A stretch of 64,000 nt of DNA, from positions 153,450,001-153,514,000 of the forward strand of contig CM059430.1 in assembly GCA_030390025.1 (NCBI GenBank). The letters are read 5' to 3'. Positions within the stretch are counted from its first letter, which is position 1. Every line of letters begins with the position of its first letter. Below the pieces are notes generated by a model, which saw only the letters and a program-made list of their open reading frames with translations, was not told where the DNA came from and searched no databases. Origin of the DNA: Squalus acanthias. Lineage: Eukaryota. The position numbers and the translations under genes were made by a program. Below, piece after piece: positions 13,401-25,400 of this stretch.

Positions 13401-16400
13401 TGAAAATCTTAGTCCTCATAGTGTATTTCTTAGTTTTATTTATACCCAGAAATATTCCTTTTAAATGGGATGGAAGGTAATTCTGTGAGTAAATAGAAAT
13501 ATTCACAGGTACTTAATCAGAGTTCCTTCCTTACCTGCAGTTGTTTGAGGTTTACATTCTGAGTCCTTTTTTTAAACAATTCCTTCTAAACAATTGTTTG
13601 GTGCCCTGTGGAAGCGAAGAACTGGAGTGATAACAGACGGGGGAGGGGGTTTCTGGTCCTCTTCTGTCTGCTGTGTCGAATGGGGTCATTGTTTACTGGT
13701 CTTGTGGAAAGGATTGTAGCTGGATTTTGAGAGTGTTTGGGGTCCTTCACATTAAGGAGATAAAATCAGCAAGGGGAGAAGCCCAGTAACAGTTTAATAT
13801 TTCACCCATACAGCTGTAGGGTGGTTATAGATAAAATCGGTGCATGCCCCAATTATGAAATTGGGCTACCTTCAGACCATGATTGACTGTAAAATAATCG
13901 TTGATGTTCAGCCCAGTAAAGAGGAACAGTACTTTGTTGGGGGGGCTGGGCAGGAAAAGAGATACAGCATGTTGCTTATTGCAAAGATTTGAAATTATGG
14001 GTTGTTGTGTTCAAAGAACAACGAAATCTAATTTTGTGTTTAAAAGGTTGGAAGAATTCTAGAGTGGGATTCAGAATGTTGTGTGTGTTTTCAGTCATCA
14101 CCTTGTGATTTTGTTCATATAACTTCCAGTGACATTCCATATATTCTTTGGAGACTGGCAATGTCTTTTATCAATGTATTTTTTCCCCCCATTTTATCCC
14201 TCTTAACCCATTCTGGGGTTCAGTTTTGTGATTGTGAGCAGCTCTCTGGTACCTCACGCAGTGGCCATTCTTCATGTGCAAGCTTGGGCAGTGAATGTGA
14301 GGGGGACAGCACAGCACAACCAGATTCTGTCGTCTCTTCCGATGACCCCACAGGTACACTTGAGCAGGCGTCACTAGATAGTAATTCGGAACAGAACCGT
14401 GGCTGTGATTTACGAGGGGGTGAGGGAGGCTTCTTCTTCTTGTGGCCCCACTGCCACACTGGCTGAGATTAGCTGACTCAACACAGACCAAGAATTCAAC
14501 CTGGAAACTTTCTTGTCTGTATGATCAGTTTCACATGTGATCTATTAATCCACTTGGGGTAAAGTAGTTCATTGTTCAGAATTAATTCTTCCAGTAATGT
14601 GGTAACTGCTGTATATTTCTAATTTTAAAATGTTCCTTATTAGGCATCTGTACAGACTCGGTCATCAAAACAACCACCACCTCCGCCGCCGCCACCACCT
14701 TCACCGCCATCTCCACCTCCTGTGACACTGAAGAATAAGGCTATACTGTGTAAACCCTTGACTCAGAATAAGGGCATCTCCTGTAAACCCGAAATGAAGT
14801 CCAAAGGATGTCAAACAGGTAAATGGTTAAGATGAAGAGAAAACCGTTGATGCTAGAAATACATAGCCAATTTGGTTATTATTGGAAAAAGATGAATTAA
14901 ACTTTCAGGTGTGCCCTTTCGTTGGTTCTGAAACATTAATCCTGCTTTATTTTTAAGATGCTGATCAATCCGCTGTGCATTTCTTGTTCTTATTTGTTGA
15001 ATTTATTTTAAAAAACTGCAGAGAAACTGAGCTTTTAATCAACACTTAAATTGCTCCATCATATTGAGGATGTTTAGTACACATGTTGTTGTCGTCAGCT
15101 CCCCCTTCCCCCTTGCTTGTATGCTACTATTGCTGATAGCTGGTGAAGGCAGATGTGAGGGAACTTTATAGAAGTATCCTAGATACTAAGTAGAATTCAG
15201 AAAGTTAATCTTGAGTACTTACTCAAATAAAACCACAAGGACAGGGGATGTATATAAAACTGATTTAAAAAAAAAACAATTGAGTAGTGATTCATACCTG
15301 GATCTGTAGTCTGAGTAGGCTCTTCCTGCTTGTTCCCTTTTGTTATGGCCCCCATCTTTGCGCTCTCAAGTCCAAGAGGCACAGGCTAGAGCATAGCTGC
15401 CACACAACTGGTTTAACCATCAATCACCAAATCTGGCGAGACCACATCGAAGGTACGATAGTGTATTGGTGATACCAGACTAGTAATCCAGATGCTAGGA
15501 CTAATAATCCAGAGAATGAGAGTTCAAATCCCACCATGGCAGATTTAGAATATGAATTCGTTTTTTTAAAATCTTTAAATAAAAAGCTGGAACCAGTAAA
15601 AGTGACCATATAACTGTCGATTGTCATAAAAGCCCACTGGTTAACTAATAATATCCTATCAGGATGGTGTGTGACTTTGAGGTGGGGAGAATGGTGTTCC
15701 CATGCGCCTGCTGCCCTTGTCCTTCTAGGCAGTAGAGGTTGCGGGTTTAGGAGGTGCTTAAAAAAATAATGGCATATATCTGAATATTGGGGAAATTAGT
15801 TTATAAAGGTTTGAGAGGGGGCAAGGATTGCATTATATGTGGCTCTTAACTGCTTGTGGATTGCTTCAGTTAGAAAATAGCTTGTGATTTCAAGTTTTAA
15901 AAAGCAATTAAAACATTTCCCAGTAATTCTAAGAAATCAGGGATTTTATAAATCGGCAATAAAATTATAACTCTTGAACCCTTTTATAAAAAAAAAAAAA
16001 AAAAAATCTTGTTTAATTTTCTGTTTCAGAGGAGGAATGGAAGCCACAGCTAATTGTGGTACCCATCCCTGTGCCAGTCTTCATACCAGTGCCTTTGCAT
16101 ATGTATTGTCAAAACACACCAGTGCCTTTATCTATGCCAATCCCGGTAAGTTTTATGGCTTTTGTAGCTCATACTTAGCAAGAATCTTTGAGTCAAATGT
16201 GGCAATTTACTGGGTAGATATCATAAACGACCAGGTTCATGTTCATTTTTTTTAGGGCTGCATATTTAAGCTTGTGAATATGGTATAGAAAACATGCAAA
16301 TGATCATGTTATCAAATTTCTTGTTGGTTTACATTAGTTCTGATTGGCAAGTTGTTTTAATTTTGCAAGCTTTTTTGTCCGTGGAAGATTACTTTTCAGC

Positions 16401-19400
16401 TGCCAAAATTTATAAAAGTGGGGGGGGGGGGGGGAAGGAGATGGAGATACTGCAGTAGATGGGGTGCTAGTGTTTATTTTACCTCCAATTTTCTCCCCTC
16501 CCTTAGTATTGACTGTTTCTCTTGTAACCTTTGCCAAGTGCCATTCTTCACTGGAGAGACTCGACAGTAAGTGTTGACAGGATGGGAGTGGGGGAGAAGG
16601 GAAGGAAGTTAATCGGGGTTCCTGCTCCTGAACCCTATCCGGGAATCTCAAATTGAAAGTATGCGTGTGTGGATGTTCGGTGAGAACAGGGATCAGGCTT
16701 GCTTGTGATACCTCCTATGATGGAATTGTTTGTTGACACTCCAAAATCATCTGTCTGTTGTGTGCATTTATTTAATTCTTATAATTTTCAGTGGTAGGTG
16801 ATGGCACCTTCAGGACATATTCCATGACAGAAATCTTCATATTTTGAATTTTAAAAAAAATCAATACTCAGAAGGTTAAGCACTGTAGCAAAACTCATTA
16901 CTAGCAGAGAAATTCTGATAAAGGTGAGAGGACATGTAAGTTAAGTTGGAAAAAGAGAAAGGTTACAGCAGTTGCTTTATGTGAGTTTTGATAGAGGGGG
17001 AGGTTTGACCCCTTAGTTTCTGGCAGGGTTTTCAAGGAGGATCGGGATGATGAGATATCTAACTGGGTTTTAGATAGAGGGGGGGTTGGAGGATATAGCA
17101 TGTAGCTGGATTTTTGAGGAGCACAATCTGGGAACATGCCATCTAGCTGGACTTTGGAGAAAAGTGGGATTTAGGGCTATGACATCTAACTATTTTGGAG
17201 GAGGGGGAGGATTGGGAGACATGAGGTATAGCTGTGGTTTGTAGGAAGAGGAGAATTATAAGGTTGGTAGATGTGGGAATCTGGATAAGTTTTCAGATGT
17301 GGGGGATGAGTTTTGCAGCATTCAAGAGTAAAGAAAGGTAAAACAAATATTTCTAAGTTATTAGCATGTACAGAAATGTTTGTTTTGTTTGTGAGTCTTG
17401 AAATTACATTTTTTACCGTTGTAACACTCTGTCGTGTGGTTTGTAAAATAGGTCCCTATTCCGATGTTCCTTCCTACCACTTTAGACAGTGCTGATAAGA
17501 TAGTAGAGACGATAGAGGAACTTAAGGTCAAAATCCCTTCAAACCCATTTGAAGCTGATATACTCGCCATGGCGGAGATGATAGCAGAGGCTGAGGAAAT
17601 GGAGAAAGCTTCATCAGATCTTTGTGGCAAGTTTCATTTTGATTTTTTTTTGTTCATTTCTCCTCCAACATTGTTCTTAAACCTGTTCTGATGAGGCATG
17701 AATCCTTCAATAAGCCATATTCAAAATATTAACTAATACACTAACCATACTGTAGAACGTTCTCGTATAATGTGACTTCTGATATAATGTACACCTGCCC
17801 TGTAACCTGGTCATAATTTTTCTTGTGATTTCAAAAGACTATTCCAAAGCTTGTCCTCGTGTATGTAACCAATTGTTTATCAGATTTACAAGTCTCCTGC
17901 TGCTCATTGAACCTCTGCACTGGTCTGTGACTCTTACTGGTTTAATAGACTTTTGAGCAGCATGATGGATGTTGATCGTGGTTCTAGTTGAGAAAATAAT
18001 TGGAAAAGCAAAGCAGCAGGAATGATTATTACATAGCAAATTATATCCAATTTTGTTTTCTATTCATTTTTCTTTTCAGCATTGCATTTGTTGTTGCCTT
18101 CTGATGACCAGGAGAAGTCCCTGCTTCTCTTTAAATCATGCCATGAGATCTTTAGCTTCCACCTTAGTTAAATATCTCATTGAAAATTTGGTACTTCCAG
18201 CAATGCAGTAGTCCCTCAATACAGCACTGAAGTGTCAGTCTAAATTATGCACTCTACTCCGGAAGTGTAGCTTGAACCCAAACCTTCTGACTCAGATGAA
18301 TGTGCTAACAACTGAGTCAAGCTGACATTTAACATTAGTTTTCCTTTTTAAGTAAATATATATTTACTAGCCAAATGTGTTGTCAGTGTTGGATTCTCTC
18401 TTTTTTCTATACCCCACCCAGCTGGCCTTTTAAAGTTAGTTATATATTTTTTCATAGTCAATAAGACCCAGTTATTTCTTCCTCGTCTGAAACAGATCTT
18501 GCTAGCAATCAGAGTGCTGATGGCCTCCTGGAAGACTGTGACTTATTTGGACCTGCCAGAGATGATGTGTTGGCCATGGCAGTTAAAATGGCTAATGTCT
18601 TGGATGAACCGGGACAGGATTTGGAAGCGGACTTCCCCAAAAGTAAGTATAAGTGGCTGCTGGTGTATTCTCGCTGCTTTGAAGCTATACTAAACAATGA
18701 CGTTGAGAAGTACAGTATGTTGCAAACTTGCTTTAACTTTTTTTTTAAATTGCAAACCTTGAAAATATTTTCCCAATGCAAATATAAAATGCAAATTTGA
18801 AAATATTGCTGATCTGACATTCAAAGTTGAACAGAGTTGGAGTCCCTTGAGCATCTCTGCAGCTTGCTTTCTTTTTATGTACCATAAAATAATATTTGAC
18901 AGGGACTGGAAGTGACTTGCTGGCCTAAATACAGTAGTGAGGTATAGCATTTCTTCCCATGGTAGGTAATGGGAGAAGAAAAGCTGGCCTACAATGTGAA
19001 CATCTGTCTTCCATATAAACCAAAAGGAATGGTTCTGCTGACATTTCCTGGTTCAGGTTGTTCATGTTAAGGTAGACTTGACCCTAAACAAAAAGGAGCA
19101 CGGTTAAGCAGCCCCCGCACCCCCACCTCCTTCCCCAGTGATTTGATGTGAGGTCTACAGTTGTGCATATATTTATGTTGCTTGGAGGAAAGATTGTAGA
19201 CCAGTGTAAAACATATTTGGCACAGTAGAAGCCATTTAAGTGTGATGTGAATAAGCTGGCACATCCATTTTATAGGGATCACCCAGTGGGTTCCAATGTT
19301 TTTTTGATGTTCTTGGGATGTAAGCAACACTGGCAAGGCCACAGTTATTAACACCCTGTGCGCCCCCCCACCCCCCCAATTAATTTCACTGAGAAGATGG

Positions 19401-22400
19401 TGGGTTGCCTTCTGCTGTAGTCCTTGTGCTAGTGATATTTCCCCCAATGGGAATTCCAGGATTTTGACCCAGTGACAATGAATGAATGCTGATATATATC
19501 CCATTCAGAATGACGTGAGATTTGGAAGGGAGCTTGACGTTCCTGTGGTCTTCCTGCTTTTTTTTTTTGGTAGCTAATATTTGTGTGCCTTCTTAACTCT
19601 GCGATCTCCCCAGCGTAGCATTTGTCTTTCAGTTGACTGAAATCCCAGTTGGCTGGGTTAATTGCTGAGTCATATGCATGCAAATTCAACAATCAGCTGA
19701 GAAATTTGGCTATTCTAATAGCATGCAAACAGTGGGGCAGTCAGTTCATCGGGAAAATTAGTTTCCACGGCAGCAACCTAATGGCTCTTACTAGATTGCA
19801 GTAATTCTTGCAATCTAAAGGTTTATTTTTTCCATAGGAGGCCAAAAAAACATATTATTTTCATATTTTTTCCACAACTTTGCTGTAAAAACTTTTTTGG
19901 AATTTCATGTAAATTATTAAATTTTTAATTTTTTTTAAAGTACATTTCATTTCTTTTATTTTCCAGCCCCGTTGGAACTTAATTCGGGTGTTGATTTCCT
20001 GTTTGACTGTGGGCTTGTGACAACAGATGAAGAACAGCCAGAATCTGAAATCCCACGAGCTGTCAGAAGGGTACGATTTATTTGAGAGTTTGTATGTGTG
20101 TTCAGCAGAGCCATGTGACTGCCGCGACAGTCAGTGGGTTCAAGTTGTGGCATTTTGGTCCTTTTTAAAAATAAATACAAAATAGTTGAGCTTTAACTCG
20201 GCAATCTTGCCATCAGTATCGCATGTGTTTTTTTTTAAAAAGCCCCACTCCCACCAGTGCTTGGTTGATAAATGCACTGCCAACTCAGAACTGAGCCACA
20301 GAAATTGGGAATGTTTGATCTCTGGTCTGTGGTGAGTTAGCTGATAGTTGAGGTGGTGATGGGACTACAATTACTTCAGTGTTCTGGGCCAGGGAGAGAG
20401 AAAATGGGCGAATGTGGCTGCTCCTGATTTCTAAACGTTGGCCCCTACTGGATAGTGGATGTGTGTAAAAGTAGTGCTTGAGGACCAAATCAAACTTGAC
20501 CTGGACTTCCTTCACAGTTGAATACAGGAAACTCTTTGGTATCCGGCACCTACGGGACTGGGATGGTGCCGGTTTATTAAAAATTCCGGATAACGGAGAT
20601 GTATACCTACCAAGGTACGAGAGCCCCGGTTACACGGCCGCTTGTGCAGGAGCCCCGGTTACACGGCCGCTTGTGCAGGAGCCCCGGTTACACGGCCACT
20701 TGTGCAGGAGCCCCGGTTACACGGCCACTTGTGCAGGAGTCCCGGTTACACGGCCACAGATCCAGGAGCCCCGGTTACACGGCCACTTGTGCAGGAGTCC
20801 CGGTTACACGACCACTTGTGCAGGAGTCCCGGTTACACGGCCACTTATGCAGGAGCCCCGGTTACACGGCCACTTGTGCAGGAGCCCCGGTTACACGGCC
20901 ACTTGTGCAGGAGTCCCGGTTACACGGCCACAGATCCAGGAGCCCCGGTTACACGGCCACTTGTGCAGGAGTCCCGGTTACACGGCCACTTGTGCAGGAG
21001 TCCCGGTTACACGGCCACTTGTGCAGGAGCCCCGGTTACACGGCCACTTGTGCAGGAGCCCCGGTTACACGGCCACTAATATACAGTAAAACTTACCTGA
21101 ACCTACTCCTGAATTTTGCTGGTTAATAGAGAATTCCGGATATTTAGGTGCCGTTTAAACGAGAGTTTCCTGTTGATCAAAGCCACTCACTGCTTTGTTT
21201 CACACGTGAAGAATGACCACTTGGATCAGATACTGAAGGGGGCTGAAACTTGTGAAACTGTACCCCAGTGTGAGTAATTGCTTTTGTGTGGAAAATGTGT
21301 TAAATTAGAGCCATTTAAAAAAAAAAAGAGATTTTTCATTCTCTGAATTAAGTGGGGAAAAGAGAAGGGGGACAATTCGAAGACACGAAGAGGTTTTCAG
21401 GAGAAGGGAGCAAATTCGCTTTGCCATAAAGAAAGACTTGATTTTGGTGTTTTTATTTTTGTTTTTCCCCTTGTAGGGTCAGAAGCGGATAATGCTTTCA
21501 GAAAGCTGTTCACGTGATTCTCTTGCTAGTCAACAGTGCTGTACTGGATTAAATTACTCATATGGAGTGAATGCCTGGAAGTCCTGGGTCCAGGCTAAAT
21601 ATGCCAGTGGCGATACCAGTAAAAGTGAAGAGCTCAGGTTTGGACGTAAGTGTGTGGTTTTGTTTTATTTCCTTTTGATCGTGATGGTGTGTACCTTTTT
21701 ATTTATTTTTTTCCTCCTTTAGTAGTCTGTTTGGGCAAGACCACTGGCCAAATCGCTCTGTCCACAGCTCTGCCAGTTCTGGAGAGTTATCCATTACAGC
21801 TGCAGGAAAGCAGTCCTGGACTAACTAGCACTCTTTTTGATCCGTTTCCAAGTGAATGTGGGCCACAGTGCAAAAACTGCCCCATATATGACGTTAGTTG
21901 GCATTGGATTGGAAATCTCACTTGGATTGCCATAGAATTGGAAATCTCACTTGGATTGCCATAGGACAGCTTAAGTGTTAAATGGAGAAATGTCACGGGT
22001 ACAGTAGGGAATAATTGCCTGAGGTTGGGGTGTTCACTTTTACACTTGACCTGGGAGTGATTGCTGATGTTAGGTGCCAAGAATGAGGACACAACAGCTA
22101 TTGCCGTGACAAGTTTAAAAAAAAAAAAAAAATCAACAAAAAATAAAGTTTTTTTAAATACATTACTTTGTTTGGAAAAGCATCCACTATTAACCTGGAT
22201 TGAGTTTAAAAAAAAATCAATAAATGATTGATTGTTGTATACATTCTTTGCAGCAGTCTCCGCTTTGTGGCTGTGATGTCCTGTACAGTTGAACTGCTTG
22301 TTGACACTCCCTGTCCAGGTTCATAAATTAAGACTGGACAGTTAAGGTAGCAGCAGGCTCCCATCACCTGTGGCAGCCATGGTCACTGCCTTGAGAGGAG

Positions 22401-25400
22401 AAAATTGGGGAGAACAAGATAGACAGCTACCAAAACATTTGGGCTGCTGCAACATTTTTTGAAGAATAGAAGTTTATTGATTTGTAATCTTTTTTTTTAA
22501 ATTTTCAGGTACTTGGTATATCTTGAGTGAAATACACATCCACAATATTAACCTTCCAGTGCATTTTGCAGTGGGGAGGGAAAGTACATGTGTGAAGTAT
22601 TTTGTGAATTGCTCCCCCAGGCCACAGTTTTAAAAAAACAACTTATTTCTCCAAATGTGGGTGATGGCAAGGTGGCATTTATTGCCCATCCCTAGTCTCT
22701 GAGAAGGTGGTGGTGAGCCACAGCATTCCTTATATTGATGATGCTCCCACAATGGTGTTTAGTAGAGATTTCCAGGATATTGGTCCAGCGATAATGGAGC
22801 AATGGTGATGTATGTCCAAGTTAGGATAGTGTCCCACAACATTGCTGCTCTTGATCTCCGTGGTAGAGGTCATAAGGGAGGGAGATATTGTCAAAATAAA
22901 CTTGATGTTGTTGCAGTGCATCGTCGGAGCTTCTTTAGTGTTGTGGTTGCACCCATCTAGGCAGCTGGTGTATGTTCCATCATACTCCTGACTTGAGCCT
23001 TCTAGATGGTGGAGAAGCTTTGTGGGGACAGGAAGTGAGCCAATTGTTGCAGAGTGCCCAGCCTCTGCCCTGCTCTTGTAGCTACCATTTATATATGGCT
23101 GGCTTTTAATTTGGGGCTGCGGTAAATATCTTTTCAGACTCGAGGGTGTCAGTCACTCCCTTAAGCCACCTAATCCCCTTCAGATGGTTCAAGTTAACAC
23201 TGGGTGAGGTTTGGTTGAATTGTCAGCTGCTTTATTCGAAAGTAGGTAAAACCCACAAAACAATGAGATTTATGAGAGTTGCTTAATACAATTGCCATAA
23301 CAGATTGAGATTCGGCTGGGGTGCCTGTGGGCACTTGGTGGTGGTGTTTTTGTACAGAGCCATTGCTTTATGCTGACTGAAGAAGTCTGACTCCCTTTTT
23401 ATTATGTGTAATTCTGGGATTTTTAACTGATGTTTTGGGGTTGGGGAGGGGTGGGGGCGGAAGGGTGCAGAGTGGGGCTTGAATTCTGCAAATCCATCTA
23501 TTTTTCCTGTTCTTCCCCTATCAGCTAAACCTGTGGCTCCTGTGGAGCAGTAGCCCAGTAAGGAGTCAGTACCTTCATGGGGAGAGAAGACAGTGGGGGG
23601 AGCGCAGATGTCAGATCTTTTGGCATTGCAACCTTGGAACCACTTGTTTGCTCCATTTTATAAAATTTTTATTTCTGTTCTTCCCCTATCAGCTAAACCG
23701 ATGAGGATTAAAGAGGATATTTTATCCTGCACTGCTGCAGAACTAAACTACGGGCTGGCCCAATTTGTTAAAGAAATACAGAGGCCCAACGGAGAGCGTT
23801 ACGAGCCGGATAGCGTTTACTACTTGTGTCTCGGAATTCAACAGGTTTGTTTAAGTTCAGATTTGGATGAGCTGAGTCAGCATGTTACTTTTGCTGTACA
23901 GTATATCTAGGAATGGCAGAATGCCAGCATTTTGCCGACGCACCATTGTATAGTGAGTTGCTGATCTAGGTCGCATGCTGTCGGGTGAGTCCACAAAGGG
24001 ACTTGAGGTTCATCTTCCACTGGGAAGGAGGGAGTTACTGAAGCTATTTCTCTCTCCCTCCCCCCCCCCATAGCAAAATTTTGCTGATTTCATGTTGAAT
24101 ATTGCGATTGTTATTGGTCTGCTTTTAAAAGCAGAGAATAAGATGTAAATGTGAATGATTTTGAGGCATACTGGTTCGGACGTCCTAGCATTGAGCATCT
24201 TCTGCTGACGGCTTGCTCCCTTACCACCGCTAATGTTGCTCTCTGCTAGCCACTCTGGAGTGGATGAGAGCAGCCCAATGAAGTCAATGAATTTTCTCTC
24301 CAGTCTCTTACTCAGGCTTTTGTGGGAGACTTGGCCAGATGCATTAATGCTGATCAACTTGCAGTCAAGTGTAAAAATAAAACTCAACCCTAATTGATAG
24401 TATATTGCTTATACACATCACTCTGTCAAAATCAGAAGAATTCTGGTTGAAATATTAAGATCACTTTGGTGTTACCTAGGTTTTCGAATTGAACTGATTG
24501 CAAGATGGGTTCAGGCGAAGAAGGCTGTTCAGGTCATTCACTGTCATCCTGCCACAATAAAGACCCTGCAGTCTTTCCATTGTAGCACTTAGCCTTTTCT
24601 TAAGAGTCTATTGTCATGGCCGTAACCACTGGAGTTACATCAAGTTAGTTACCACAAGTGGCTGTTAAGGCAGAAGCTGTCCCTTCATTTAAAAAAAAAG
24701 GAATTGGATAAAGAGTAAGAATGAATTTAGAGTAGATGGCACCAATTTTTATGTAGCACATAAGGTTAAGGGTTGGGATTGTACCACTAGCTCTGAGTGC
24801 TCTAAAAGTAACTGAAATGACCATCAGTCCTTTTATAAATCCTCTGTCGTAAAAAAATCTCTCTTGCATCTTTGTTTCAGTTATTCATTGTAAGACATTA
24901 GTATCTTTTTGTTTCCCAGTTGCTTGAGAATTAAAATAACGAATATGCTTTGAAATAGAGTATGGCTATACTCTACACAAGCTTTTATGGGAGCAATATT
25001 AGCAGGCTGAGAAGCACTTGGGGGTATAGCTCAGTGGTAGAGCATTTGACTGCAGATCAAGAGGTCCCTGGTTCAAATCCGGGTGCCCCCTCAAAAAGTT
25101 TTTTTTGTTTAAAAACAAATTCAATTATTCAGTTAATTTATCTTCAGTAATTTTCAATGTTTTCATCTTGAAAATTAAGGTCATGTTCTTTAATTTATCA
25201 TGGTTTCTACTAATTTTTTTGAAACTTTTTCGCATTGACTTTTGTTTTTGCTTTTGTCATTCTGCCTTTTTGGTGCCCCTCCACTAGAGGGAGCAGTGAC
25301 CTAAGAAATCTGAGTGCTTTCAACTGGAGATTCATCTATTTGCTGGTATAAACATAATCAGATGTAGTTTTAGATTGGGAACCGTCATAGCTTTTTAACT

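Noticed and set aside
14083-14491. Ser/Glu-rich ORFs that look like an exon
   Set aside because: They overlap a reverse copy of the recurrent SINE-like family and are not needed for ZMYM3 phase continuity
20478-21126. Three overlapping 145-203 aa repetitive ORFs; superficially CRISPR-like array
   Set aside because: These are products of a stop-free 29-bp tandem repeat with no unique spacers, in vertebrate intronic DNA inside a MITE
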